A stretch of DNA of 49,613 nt, taken from positions 1 to 49,613 of the IMG/VR virus record IMGVR_UViG_3300024989_000226, one strand, 5' to 3'. This document shows, piece after piece, positions 18,689 through 28,342 of the stretch; position 1 is the first letter of the stretch; the number at the start of each line of letters is the position of its first letter. The notes beneath the pieces were generated by a model. That model worked only from the letters and a program-made list of their open reading frames with translations. It ran no database searches and had not been told where the DNA came from. This stretch comes from a virus. Lineage: Duplodnaviria; Caudoviricetes. The position numbers were made by a program, and so were the translations under genes.

Positions 18689-18723
18689 CGTGGTCTCCAT
18701 CCTGGCTGGGTCCATTCCCGCGC

Positions 18724-18761
18724 CGTGATGGATGCTTCGCGCTGTGCCGGAGCACAGCCAA
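18724..18761 (-). promoter_or_regulatory. Promoter-like motif, copy 1 (TTGGCT-N17-GAANNNTCCATCACG)
   Basis: Equal-length match to 20724-20761; both copies precede minus-strand genes. Confidence 0.6.
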
Positions 18762-18892
18762 GGCGATACAGCGATGGACGAATTGCGTATTTAGGGCGGT
18801 CTCACGATGCCATCCCCAATCGATTTCGGGATTTGGCAGGGGGGCCATTGGGCTGATGGTAGAGGCCACGCCCGTGAGCTACGCTCGCCGGC

Positions 18893-19750
18893 ATGGCCCT
18901 ACGTTTCAACATGCTGCTCGCCGACGAAGGCATCAATCCATCAGATGTGCGGCTTCTACGCCATCAAACGGGCAAGGTGCCGGGACGGACTCCCTACAGC
19001 CTCTGGCGCGACGATCAAGCTGCATTCGAACGCTATCAAAGCACGCAGGATGGATCGCCTGGACAGCGTGCGCGCTTCGATGCGCGCTATTGGGCCAGTT
19101 TCGTGGTCACCCCGACCGGTGGAACGCTATTCGTGGGCCTCTACGAGGTTACCCGGCTTGGGCTGGTGTCGAAGGATGCGATCGATCCGCTCTCCGGCGG
19201 CCCTGTCGGCGGCCCTAATAACACGACCCCATACGACCAATACGAATGCGTCCGAGTTGCTGCGTTGTCGGACTGTGCCGGGCGGCTGTCGATCCACTGG
19301 GGCGACTCAGCGAGCGCGAGCCGCGCCTGGGTTCAGCGGGCAGACAATCAGGACAAGGTGATCGTCGAACTGGCCAGGACCTTTCAAGAGGAGGCATTTC
19401 CTGGTTTTACCAAGTTGATCCGGCCGCTATCCGAGATCGAGACGATGCCCACGGCCTGGAAGCAGGTGCTGCGTTCCAGCCGTGGTGTTTACCTGCTCGC
19501 ATGTCCACAGACGCGCGAACATTATGTCGGGTCGGCATACGGCGAGGGCGGCTTTCTCGGCCGATGGGAGCGCTATGCCAGCAACAGCCATGGCGGAAAT
19601 GTCGAACTGCGCGTCCGCGACCCGAGCGACTATTTGGTCAGCGTGCTTGAGGTAGCTGGCTCGTCGGCGACCGTGGATGAGATCATTGCCATGGAGAACA
19701 TCTGGAAGATCAAGCTGCATAGCCGGCATATCGGATTGAATCGTAACTGA
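18893..19750 (+). CDS. GIY-YIG nuclease-domain protein (accessory)
   Basis: C-terminal GVYLLAC..HYVGSAYG..FLGRW..E..WK..GLNRN. Confidence 0.85.
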   Translation: MALRFNMLLADEGINPSDVRLLRHQTGKVPGRTPYSLWRDDQAAFERYQSTQDGSPGQRARFDARYWASFVVTPTGGTLFVGLYEVTRLGLVSKDAIDPLSGGPVGGPNNTTPYDQYECVRVAALSDCAGRLSIHWGDSASASRAWVQRADNQDKVIVELARTFQEEAFPGFTKLIRPLSEIETMPTAWKQVLRSSRGVYLLACPQTREHYVGSAYGEGGFLGRWERYASNSHGGNVELRVRDPSDYLVSVLEVAGSSATVDEIIAMENIWKIKLHSRHIGLNRN

Positions 19751-19774
19751 TATCCAACGCGGACAGTCCAACGA

Positions 19775-19804
19775 GATAGGCCGAGGCTTGCACCTCGGCC
19801 TATC
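19775..19804. terminator. 12-bp stem hairpin between convergent genes
   Basis: GATAGGCCGAGG-cttgca-CCTCGGCCTATC; no clear U-tract. Confidence 0.6.
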
Positions 19805-19831
19805 CGTGTTCGTCGTGAAGCAGTGGTCCGA

Positions 19832-20617
19832 TCAGCCGGCGATCCGGTAGACGGTGTATGATCCCTTGGCCCCTTCCTTGTTCGGCCCGACCATCCGGAC
19901 CCGATCCAGTGTCTCGATGGTGAAGCCCTTCTTCTTCAACCCGGCCAGGAAGCCGCGGACGGTATGGGCGGCCCAGCCGGTAGCCTCGGCGATCTGCGGC
20001 CCGCTGGCGCCCTCGTCGCGGCGCAGCAGGGCCAGCACCGTCTCCTGCTTGGTGCCGGTGCGGGGCGTGCGCGAGGCGGCTGCGGTAGCCCGTGGCGCCC
20101 GCTCGGCGAGCAGGCTCCGCAGGATGTCCATAGGACCTTCCAGGGCAGCGATGATGTCCACCTCGCGGTTAGCCTCGTCGTCCCAGGCGGCCAGCACCGC
20201 CTGCGCGGCCTGGCGCAGCGTGGTGCGGGCCAGGGGCGCCGACGTTGCGGCCTCCAGGGCGTCGGTGACCGCGGCGGCTTCCTGTGCCACCGCGGCGTCT
20301 GTGGCCGCGTGTGGCGCCGTGTCGGTGTCCTGTGCGGCGGCAGTCTCCGCTGGCGCTGCGTGGCCAACGGCGGCCAGCCCGGCATCGGTGATGCGCAGGG
20401 TGGTCAGCATCAGGCCGGTGGCGGCGTCCTCGATCAGCGTCGCGCCGTCGCCGAGGCGGTAGTCGCCCAGGGTCTCGGCGATCAGGCCGTCGCGCAGCAG
20501 GGCGTCGATCATCTTGTGGCGGCCGCCGGTCGGCAGCTTGCGGTGGAATTCGAGGCGATGGTCCGGACGCTCGGCGGCGCGGGTCAGGACGATCGTGGCG
20601 GCGGGAGAGAGGCTCAT
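19832..20617 (-). CDS. DUF3489-domain protein (winged-HTH-like C-terminus)
   Basis: GTKQETVLALLRRDEGASGPQIAEATGWAAHTVRGFLAG; GGAG RBS. Confidence 0.85.
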   Translation of the reverse strand: MSLSPAATIVLTRAAERPDHRLEFHRKLPTGGRHKMIDALLRDGLIAETLGDYRLGDGATLIEDAATGLMLTTLRITDAGLAAVGHAAPAETAAAQDTDTAPHAATDAAVAQEAAAVTDALEAATSAPLARTTLRQAAQAVLAAWDDEANREVDIIAALEGPMDILRSLLAERAPRATAAASRTPRTGTKQETVLALLRRDEGASGPQIAEATGWAAHTVRGFLAGLKKKGFTIETLDRVRMVGPNKEGAKGSYTVYRIAG

Positions 20618-20723
20618 CTGGGTGCTCCATGCTGCGGCGCCCGACCACCGGGCGCCTGCTACCACCCCGAGCCCCACCGGGCGGAACCCGGTCGGGGCAG
20701 GCGCTCGAGGTCACTCCCCTGCG

Positions 20724-20761
20724 CGTGATGGACCATTCGCGCTGCGGACGAGCGGAGCCAA
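20724..20761 (-). promoter_or_regulatory. Promoter-like motif, copy 2
   Basis: CGTGATGGAccatTCGCGCTGcggacgagcggAGCCAA matches 18724-18761. Confidence 0.6.
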
Positions 20762-20861
20762 CTCGGATTGCACGATCGGGCATTGCGATGATCACGGCCG
20801 CCGGATCACTTCATGACGCTGGGCACAGCCACGCCTGACCATGCGGCGGGAGGTCGCCGCC

Positions 20862-21422
20862 ATGCCGGAGATGACCCCGTCCACCCGTGAGGCGGCCCGG
20901 CGCATCGGCGTGACCGAGACGGCGTTGCGCAAGGCGGCGGCCAAGGGCCGCATCGCGCGGGAGGCGGATGGCCAGTGGGATGTGGACAAGACCCGGCGGA
21001 GGATGGTGGAGACGGCTGATCCCGACCGCTCCCCGCTGGCCGGCGCTGGGTCGGTTGGAGCCGGTGCCGGTGCCGGGATCGGCGGCGGGGCCGGCATGTC
21101 GGCCGACGCCACGCCCTACGCCCGGCTGAAGGTCGCCCAGCTCGCGCTTAAGGTCGAAGCCCAGCGCTTGGCGCTCGACGAGGAGAAGGGCCGGCTGCTC
21201 GACGCCGCGTCCGCCAACGCCGCAATCGACGAGATCGCCGGCGCCATGCGCGACGCGCTGCTGAACTGGCCGGCCCGGGTGTCCGGGCTGATCGCAGCCG
21301 AACTCGGCGCCGACCCGCATCTCGTCCAGACCGTGCTGCAGCTTCACGTCACCGATCTGCTCACGGAGGCGGCCGATCGCTTCGACCCGCCCAGTATCGG
21401 AGATGGTGCCGCGGACCGCTGA
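20862..21422 (+). CDS. Terminase small subunit-like protein
   Basis: N-terminal HTH (STREAARRIGVTETALRKA), then coiled coil; overlaps terL; GGGAGG RBS. Confidence 0.75.
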   Translation: MPEMTPSTREAARRIGVTETALRKAAAKGRIAREADGQWDVDKTRRRMVETADPDRSPLAGAGSVGAGAGAGIGGGAGMSADATPYARLKVAQLALKVEAQRLALDEEKGRLLDAASANAAIDEIAGAMRDALLNWPARVSGLIAAELGADPHLVQTVLQLHVTDLLTEAADRFDPPSIGDGAADR

Positions 21423-23424
21423 GCATGTGCGCCGCCGCGCCGGCGCCATGCTGCGTCCGCCGCCGCAGCTGACGGTGAGCGCCTGGGCCGATCAGCACCG
21501 GGTGCTCAGCACCCGCGCCTCATCCGAACCGGGGCCGTGGCGGACGTCCCGCACGCCATATCTGCGGGAGATCATGGACGCGCTGTCCGCGGTGCATCCG
21601 GCGCGGCGCGTGGTGTTCATGAAGGGCGCGCAGGTGGGCGCGAGCGAGGGAGGCAATTGCTGGCTCGGCTACATCATGCACCACGTGCCGGCGCCAGTAC
21701 TGGCGGTGCAGCCGACGGTGGAACTGGCCAAGCGGTTCAGCCGGCAGAGGATCGACCCGCTGCTGGAGGAGACCCCGGCCTTGCGGGCGCGGGTGTCGCC
21801 GGCACGCGCCAGGGACAGCGGCAACACCATGCTGTCCAAGGAGTTCCCTGGCGGCATCCTGGTGCTGACCGGGGCCAACAGCGCGGTCGGGCTGCGCTCG
21901 ATGACGGCGCGGTTCCTGTTTCTCGACGAGGTCGACGCCTATCCCGGCGATGTCGAGGGCGAAGGTGATCCGATCGCGCTCGCCGAAGCCCGCGCCCGCA
22001 CCTTCGGCTGGCGGCGCAAGGCGTTCCTGGTCTCGACGCCGACCATCGCCGGGCGCAGCCGCATCGAGCGCGAGTACCAGGCCAGCGACCAGCGCCGGTT
22101 CTTCCTGCCGTGCCCGCACTGTGCGGCGATGCAGTGGCTGCGCTTCGAGCGCCTGCTCTGGGAGAAGGGCGAGCCGCGGACGGTGGCCTATCGCTGCGAG
22201 GCCTGTGACCGGCCGATCGGCGAGCACCACAAGACGGCGATGCTGGCGGCCGGCGAATGGCGGGCCACGGCGGAGGCGCCGGACCCGCACACGGTCGGCT
22301 TCCACATCTCGGCGCTGTATTCCCCGGTGGGCTGGTTGTCCTGGGAGCAGATCGCCCGCGATTGGGAGACCGCACAGGGCAAGCCGGAGGACCTCAAGAC
22401 CTTCCGCAACACCGTGCTGGGCGAGACCTGGCAGGATCGCGGCGAGGCGCCGGATTGGGAGCGGCTGGTTGAGCGGCGCGAGGGTTTCTCCCTCGGCACC
22501 GTGCCAGCGGGTGCGCTGGTGCTGACCGCTGGGGTGGACGTGCAGGACGATCGCATCGAGTGCGACATCTGGGGTTGGGCCGAAGGCTTTTCTTCCTGGC
22601 TGATCGACCACGTGGTGATCCCGGGCAGCCCGCGGGAACGCGAGCCGTGGGAGGCGCTGGCCAGGCTGCTGGCAAAGGATTGGCCACGGCCGGGTGGCCC
22701 CGCCAGTGGCGCCATGCGCATCGCCAAGATCTGCGTCGACACTGGTGGGCGCGATACCGCGTCGGTCTACGGCCATCTGCGGCATCTCAGGGATCCGCGC
22801 ATTGCGCCGACCAAGGGTGTGGAGGGCTGGAACCGGGCGCAGCCGGTGCAGGGGCCGACGCTGGTGGATGCGCTGGTCAACGGCCAGAAGCTGCGCCGTG
22901 GGTTGAAGCTGTGGACGGTGTCGGTCTCGACCTGGAAGGCCGATCTGTATCGACGGCTGTGGCTGGGCCGGGGTGACGCGGATGCCGATGCCGGCAGCTT
23001 CCCGGCGGGCTGGGTGCATCTGCCTGAAGGCATCGAGGTGGAGTGGGTCAAGCAGCTGGTCGCCGAGCAGCTGCGCACCAGCAAGGACCGGCGCGGTTTT
23101 GCCCGGCAGGAATGGGCCAAGCTGCGGGAACGGAATGAGGCGCTGGACTGTGCGGTGCTGGCACGGGCGGCGTTGTGGCTGCTGGGGGCCGATCGCTACG
23201 GCGACCGCTACTGGCAGCGCCTGCGGACCGAGGCCGACGACGCGCCGTTGGCGCTGCCTTCGGCGCCGGCCGGCAGTGCGGTCACACCCAACCGAGGCCG
23301 GGCCGCCACAGACACGATCACCCGAGCGTCCGGTCTGCCTGACGCGCCGGGCGCTGCCACCCCCAACGGTGAGAGCCTGCGTCCCCGCGCCTGGCTGGGG
23401 TCGCGCGGCGGCTGGTTGCGGTGA
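21403..23424 (+). CDS. terL: Terminase large subunit, lambda GpA family
   Basis: RTPYLREIMDAL, FMKGAQVGASE, LFLDEVDAYP, STPT, NTVLGETW, RNEALDC. Confidence 0.95.
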   Translation: MVPRTAEHVRRRAGAMLRPPPQLTVSAWADQHRVLSTRASSEPGPWRTSRTPYLREIMDALSAVHPARRVVFMKGAQVGASEGGNCWLGYIMHHVPAPVLAVQPTVELAKRFSRQRIDPLLEETPALRARVSPARARDSGNTMLSKEFPGGILVLTGANSAVGLRSMTARFLFLDEVDAYPGDVEGEGDPIALAEARARTFGWRRKAFLVSTPTIAGRSRIEREYQASDQRRFFLPCPHCAAMQWLRFERLLWEKGEPRTVAYRCEACDRPIGEHHKTAMLAAGEWRATAEAPDPHTVGFHISALYSPVGWLSWEQIARDWETAQGKPEDLKTFRNTVLGETWQDRGEAPDWERLVERREGFSLGTVPAGALVLTAGVDVQDDRIECDIWGWAEGFSSWLIDHVVIPGSPREREPWEALARLLAKDWPRPGGPASGAMRIAKICVDTGGRDTASVYGHLRHLRDPRIAPTKGVEGWNRAQPVQGPTLVDALVNGQKLRRGLKLWTVSVSTWKADLYRRLWLGRGDADADAGSFPAGWVHLPEGIEVEWVKQLVAEQLRTSKDRRGFARQEWAKLRERNEALDCAVLARAALWLLGADRYGDRYWQRLRTEADDAPLALPSAPAGSAVTPNRGRAATDTITRASGLPDAPGAATPNGESLRPRAWLGSRGGWLR

Positions 23425-23464
23425 GCAGCCGGGCAGGCGGGCAGGCCAGCAAGAGGATCACGCC

Positions 23465-23821
23465 ATGAACCCCAACCGGGTCGAACTCACCGCCACCATC
23501 GCGGCGGCGCAGTCGCTGAGCGATGCCATCGCGCTCGATCGCAACTGGCTGGTCTCGCTCGCCCTGCCGGCGGCCTGGACCACTGCGGTGCTGACCTTCC
23601 AGGGCTCCAACGACACTGGGACGCCGGCCGCCTGGCTCGACCTCTACAATGAGACCGGCGAGATCGTGCTGTCCTCGGCCGCCGCCAGCCGCGGCCTGGT
23701 GCTGCCGCCGGCCCTGGTGCATGGCTGGCGCTGGGTCCGGCTGCGTTCCGGCACCGCCGCCGCCCCAGTGGCGCAGACCGCCACCCGCCTCATCACCTGC
23801 GGCATCCGGCAATTCGCATGA
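23465..23821 (+). CDS. Hypothetical beta-rich virion protein, possible head-spike base
   Basis: GAGGA RBS; coupled to the fiber-like gene. Confidence 0.65.
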   Translation: MNPNRVELTATIAAAQSLSDAIALDRNWLVSLALPAAWTTAVLTFQGSNDTGTPAAWLDLYNETGEIVLSSAAASRGLVLPPALVHGWRWVRLRSGTAAAPVAQTATRLITCGIRQFA

Positions 23822-25089
23822 TCCCGTTGCTCACCACCCGGATGGCGCAGCCCTCGCTGGTGCTGGACTTCCTCGCCGGCACGCTGGATGCGCGCATTGC
23901 CTTCACCCGCGCCAGCACCGCCAGCTATACCGACAACGCCGGCACGCTGCGCAGCGTTGCGATCGACACGCCCCGCTTCGACACCGATCCGGCCACGCTG
24001 CTGCCGCGCGGCCTGCTGGCCGAGGAGCAGCGGACCAACCAGATCCGCAACCCGCGCGCCGAGGGGGCGACGGTCGGCACGATCGGCGCGGGCGGGGTGC
24101 TGCCAACCAACTGGGGCCGTTATGCCACGGCTGGACTGTCGAGCGCGGTCGTCGCCGTTGGCACCGAGAGTGGTATTCCCTATTGCGACATCCGCTGGTG
24201 GGGCACCGCCACCGGCACTGCCTCGGCCACCTGCTTCCCCGAGCCCGCCACCGTCATCGCCGGCGGCATCGGGCAGAGTTGGACCGCCAGCATGTTCTGC
24301 ACGCTGGTGGGCGGGTCATTGGCCGGTGCCTCGTCCGGCCCAGCGCTGAACGTGATCGAATACACCGCAACCGGCGTCTATGTGGTCGGCTCCGGCGTCG
24401 GCTTTACGCCGATCGCGGCGGCGCTGGCCACGCAGCGGCGCAGCTACACCCGGATGCTGACCGGCGACACCACGAACTTCGTCGGCACGACGATCGCCAC
24501 CACCTTCCCGACCGGGGCGGTGGTGGACTTCACCCTGCGCATCGGGGTTCCGCAACTCGAACAGGGCCCCTTCGCCAGCAGCCCGATCCTGCCGCCCGCC
24601 GGCACCCTGGCCGCGTCCACCCGCGCGGCCGACATCGCCAAGATCGCAGGCGCCGACTTCGCCGCGCTCTACAATCCGGTCGCCTGCACGGTGGTGACCC
24701 GGTTCCAGTCCTTCGGGGCGGCCAACTCCTTCGTGCTGCGGGTCTCCGACCTCGGCTACAGCAACGGCCTCTCCTTCGGCTGCAACAGCGGCACGGTCCT
24801 CGCCCAGGCGGTGGTGGCGGGAACCCCGACACTGTCGCCCGGCGGCATGCCGGCCCGGACTGCGGCGGTCACCAACCTGGCCGGTGCGCTGGCCAGCGAC
24901 GATGCCCAGGCGGCGGTGAACGGCACTACGGTGACGCGGGACAGCGCCGGCGCCATGCCGCCCGGCATGGTCCAGGCCAATCTCGGCTCCGACCATCTCG
25001 GCTTCAACAACCTCAATGGCTGGATCCAGCGCCTCGTGCTCTATCCGAGCCGGATCCCCGACACGATGCTCAGGAGCCTGTCCGCATGA
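23818..25089 (+). CDS. Head-spike/fiber-like virion protein
   Basis: LVLDF..FTRASTASY..PRFDTDP..GLLAEEQRTN and QLEQGPFASSPI..TRAAD, motifs of phage fiber/carbohydrate-binding modules. Confidence 0.7.
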   Translation: MIPLLTTRMAQPSLVLDFLAGTLDARIAFTRASTASYTDNAGTLRSVAIDTPRFDTDPATLLPRGLLAEEQRTNQIRNPRAEGATVGTIGAGGVLPTNWGRYATAGLSSAVVAVGTESGIPYCDIRWWGTATGTASATCFPEPATVIAGGIGQSWTASMFCTLVGGSLAGASSGPALNVIEYTATGVYVVGSGVGFTPIAAALATQRRSYTRMLTGDTTNFVGTTIATTFPTGAVVDFTLRIGVPQLEQGPFASSPILPPAGTLAASTRAADIAKIAGADFAALYNPVACTVVTRFQSFGAANSFVLRVSDLGYSNGLSFGCNSGTVLAQAVVAGTPTLSPGGMPARTAAVTNLAGALASDDAQAAVNGTTVTRDSAGAMPPGMVQANLGSDHLGFNNLNGWIQRLVLYPSRIPDTMLRSLSA

Positions 25090-25412
25090 GGGATTACCTG
25101 CTGCGTGCCACCGATGAAGCGGCGCTGTGGGCGGCGTTGCTCGCGGCCGGCGTGGTCGCCGAGCAGCCGGATGTCACCGGCGCGCTGGCGAGGCTGCCGA
25201 CCGGCGGCGCCGCGCTGGATGTGGTCGGGCTGATCTACCAGCCGACCGGGGTCATGCTGACCGACGCCGACGGCCTGCCCTATCCGGAGATGGCGCCGGT
25301 GCCGGGCTTCCATGCCAATCTGCGCACCGAGGGGCCGCTGCCGGACGCACAGCTGGCGCTGCTGCCACTGGTCACCCCGCCGCCGGCCACGCCCTATCGG
25401 GTCTGGGCGTAG
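25086..25412 (+). CDS. Hypothetical fiber-associated protein
   Basis: ATGA-coupled; LDVVGLIY..GFHANLR..PATPYRVWA. Confidence 0.7.
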   Translation: MRDYLLRATDEAALWAALLAAGVVAEQPDVTGALARLPTGGAALDVVGLIYQPTGVMLTDADGLPYPEMAPVPGFHANLRTEGPLPDAQLALLPLVTPPPATPYRVWA

Positions 25413-25421
25413 GCAACGCCG

Positions 25422-25625
25422 ATGGCCTGGACCACGCAGCAATTGGCCGCACTCGAGACGGCGATCGCCCAGGGCACCACTAGGGTCACCTTCGAGGGGC
25501 GCACCGTCGAATACCGCAGCCTGGCCGACATGATCCGGCTGCGCGACCTGATGCGGCGTGATCTCGGCGCCGCGTCACCGCCCGCCATCACCTATGCGGG
25601 CTTCTCCCGCGGAGACGGCACATGA
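25422..25625 (+). CDS. gpW-like head-tail joining protein
   Basis: LAALETAIAQGTTRVTFEGRTVEYRSLADM; directly before the portal. Confidence 0.85.
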   Translation: MAWTTQQLAALETAIAQGTTRVTFEGRTVEYRSLADMIRLRDLMRRDLGAASPPAITYAGFSRGDGT

Positions 25626-27145
25626 ACCTGTTGCAGCGGGTCTGGCAGGCGGCGCGCGGCCAGGCGGTGCCGGCGGCGACAGCACCGGCCATGCAGGCCG
25701 ACCGCGCCTATGCCGCCGCACAGGACGTGCGGACCTCACTGTGGAACCCATCCGGCAGTTCGGCCACCGCCGAGGTCGGCATGGGTGCCGCACCCATCGC
25801 CCGGCGTGCCCGCGACGCAGTGCGCAACGACCCCTACGCCGCCCGCATCGTCGACCTCTGGGCCGGCAACGCCGTCGGCGCCGGCATCACCACCCGCTGG
25901 CCCGACCGGCCGCATGCCGATGCCTGGCGAAGCTGGGCCGAGAGCACCGCCTGCGACGCCGAGCGCCGCCTCGACCTCTACGGCCTGCAAGCGCTGGTGA
26001 TGCGCGCCGTGGTCGAGAGCGGCGAATGCCTGGTGCGGCTGCTGCCCGGCGAGATCACGCCGGCCAACCCGATCGGCCTGCGGCTGCAGCTGCTGGAGAG
26101 CGACTATCTCGACACCACCCGCAACGGGCTGGTCGATGGCCAGGCGGTGGTGCAGGGCATCGCGCTGGACGATGCCGGCGCCCCCGCCGCCTACTGGCTG
26201 TTCCGCCAGCATCCCGGCGCCGCCTGGATCAGCCCGGGCCAGCGCGTGCGGAGCGAACCGGTGCCCGCCGCCGAGGTGCTGCATATCTACCGCAAGCGCC
26301 GGCCAGGCCAACTCCGGGACGTGTCCTGGCTGGCCCCGGTGCTGCTGCGGCTGCGCGATCTCGGCGACTACGAGGCGGCGCTGCTGATGAAGGCCAAGAT
26401 CGAGGCCTGCCTGGCCGCGGTGGTGACCACCGACAGCGACGACGCTGTCACCGGCGCCAGCACCAGCCTGCTGCGCGATGCCCAGGGCCGGGCGCTGGAA
26501 GCCTTCGAGCCGGGCATCATCCTCTACAACCGTGGCGCCGGTTCGGTGGAGGTGGTCAACCCCTCCGGCGGCGGCAGCCATACCGCCTTCGCCCGGCGCA
26601 CGCTGGAGGCGGCAGCGGTGGGTGCCGGCCTGACCTATGACCAGGTCTCCGGCGATCTCACCGCGGCGAACTACTCGAGCCTGCGGGCGGGCAAGATCGA
26701 GTTCCGCCGGCTGTGCGAGCAGGTGCAGTACGGCATGCTGATCCCGATGCTGGTGCGCCCGATCGCCGAGCGGTTCCACGCCCATGGCGCACTGGCCGGG
26801 CTGTGGGGTGCCGACATGCCCCATGGCGTCTCGCATGTGCCGCCGGCACACGAGATGATCGATCCGGCCAAGGATACTGCGGCGCTGGTCTCCCAGGTGC
26901 GGGCGGGCTTTGTGCCGCTGCCGGAGGCGGTGGCGTCGTTCGGCTACGACTTCCGCCAGGCGGTGGAGATGGTCAAGGAAGCCAACGCCGCGCTCGACGA
27001 TGCCGGCGTGTCGCTCGACACCGATCCGCGCCGGGTGGCTCGCAGCGGGGCGGCGCAGGACGCGGCACAGATGGCGGCCGTTGAGATTGCCGCGACCGGT
27101 GCGGCGATGCCACAGCAGCCGGACCAAACGGCCAGCGCTGGGTAG
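25622..27145 (+). CDS. Portal protein, lambda family
   Basis: RARDAVRNDPYA, RPGQLRDVSWLAP, GDLTAANYSSLRAG. Confidence 0.93.
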   Translation: MNLLQRVWQAARGQAVPAATAPAMQADRAYAAAQDVRTSLWNPSGSSATAEVGMGAAPIARRARDAVRNDPYAARIVDLWAGNAVGAGITTRWPDRPHADAWRSWAESTACDAERRLDLYGLQALVMRAVVESGECLVRLLPGEITPANPIGLRLQLLESDYLDTTRNGLVDGQAVVQGIALDDAGAPAAYWLFRQHPGAAWISPGQRVRSEPVPAAEVLHIYRKRRPGQLRDVSWLAPVLLRLRDLGDYEAALLMKAKIEACLAAVVTTDSDDAVTGASTSLLRDAQGRALEAFEPGIILYNRGAGSVEVVNPSGGGSHTAFARRTLEAAAVGAGLTYDQVSGDLTAANYSSLRAGKIEFRRLCEQVQYGMLIPMLVRPIAERFHAHGALAGLWGADMPHGVSHVPPAHEMIDPAKDTAALVSQVRAGFVPLPEAVASFGYDFRQAVEMVKEANAALDDAGVSLDTDPRRVARSGAAQDAAQMAAVEIAATGAAMPQQPDQTASAG

Positions 27146-27184
27146 CGTCCAGAAGTCGAGGCAATCATCGACAGCCTCACCCGC

Positions 27185-27258
27185 AGTTCCGCAATAGAAG
27201 GAAAGCTGACATGGGGTACATGCCGCTCCAAGGGCGGCTAAGCGCCCAGTCCGGCCGT
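27185..27258. repeat. Two 28-bp 11-6-11 inverted-arm sites at the left border of island 1
   Basis: AGTTCCGCAAT-agaagg-AAAGCTGACAT (27185-27212); AGGGCGGCTAA-gcgccc-AGTCCGGCCGT (27231-27258). Confidence 0.55.
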
Positions 27259-27458
27259 TTGCCACTCATTGAGGCTTTCCTGAAAGCTGAATTGAGGGCT
27301 GTCGCCGCGCCTCACGCCTCCCAAAATACGTATACGGCACGCCGAACCTCACAGTCATCCCCTACTCCTCTGTGATGATCCGGCATCGAGCGGTGAATGG
27401 AACGAAAGACACAGAGCGGAGAAGGCATCAAACCGCGATAGGCAGGCGACCTAACTAA

Positions 27459-28331
27459 TTATATATTCTGTCCTCCGTACGGTACATGAATAGTCGCGCC
27501 GCCCCCAGGCATAGTCTTCGGAAAGTCGGGGTGCGACAATTGCTCAAACCATTCTCTCCGATATTCAATTCTTTCTGAAGGGCTAAGACTGTCTTCGTAC
27601 GTCCACGGTTCTTCTTGTAAAACAGTTGGGGTAAGCAAATCTATCGCGATGGATGCCGCTTTCGTGGCCGGGCTTTCGGCCAGTTGAAGAACATGCCTCG
27701 CGAGTTTATCGACCACAGTGCTTTGTACGAGTTCAATGGCTTTCTCAACTGTGGCGCTTCCAAGCTTACCCCATTCGACCGAGGCCAGAATATTAAGAGT
27801 CGCACCGGTGTCGTTCGATAGCGCGTGGTCTATTTGGTAGTTGGTGTCCGTTCGAAACTGTCCGCGAGTAAACTTCTTTTCAGCACCCACGTTAGCCCGC
27901 CAGGCCGAAGCAATTGGACTTTCGCCGTCGCTCAGGAACTTCCGACTTGGATTGTCAGCGGCATATGATGTTGCCGGCACTGAAAGAGTATCCGGAGGCT
28001 TCGCAGGTGTTCCGGTCGCCCGCAACAATACGCTATCAATCTTTTGTAGGCCGCAGGTAGGCGCGCGGAAAGCGGAACCTATCTGATCCTCGACTGCAGG
28101 GCTCCCGACATCTGACGGATCGGCCGTTTCCGAGGTAGGTCGTCCGGGAAAAGTTTCGTTCGCCGGGCTTTGCGGCGTCGCGGCCGGACTCTTGTTGTCG
28201 GCCTGCGGTGACGTTTCTATCGGGAATTCAGGGTCCGCGTGCGCATCCTTCCAATAGGCGAAATAGCAAAGCGTACTTGCTCCGAGTTTCAATACTTCTC
28301 GACGCCTAAAGGTCTTGGGACAGCTTGGCAT
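27459..28331 (-). CDS. Hypothetical protein with a twin-arginine-like signal
   Basis: TFRRREVLKLGASTLCYFAYWKDAHA, then a Pro/Ser/Thr linker; lower GC. Confidence 0.65.
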   Translation of the reverse strand: MPSCPKTFRRREVLKLGASTLCYFAYWKDAHADPEFPIETSPQADNKSPAATPQSPANETFPGRPTSETADPSDVGSPAVEDQIGSAFRAPTCGLQKIDSVLLRATGTPAKPPDTLSVPATSYAADNPSRKFLSDGESPIASAWRANVGAEKKFTRGQFRTDTNYQIDHALSNDTGATLNILASVEWGKLGSATVEKAIELVQSTVVDKLARHVLQLAESPATKAASIAIDLLTPTVLQEEPWTYEDSLSPSERIEYRREWFEQLSHPDFPKTMPGGGATIHVPYGGQNI

Positions 28332-28342
28332 GGGGCGCTCCG

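Noticed and set aside
23649-25412. 587-aa ORF in the track
   Set aside because: The upstream part is an alternative frame of the fiber gene; only 25086-25412 looks like a real protein.
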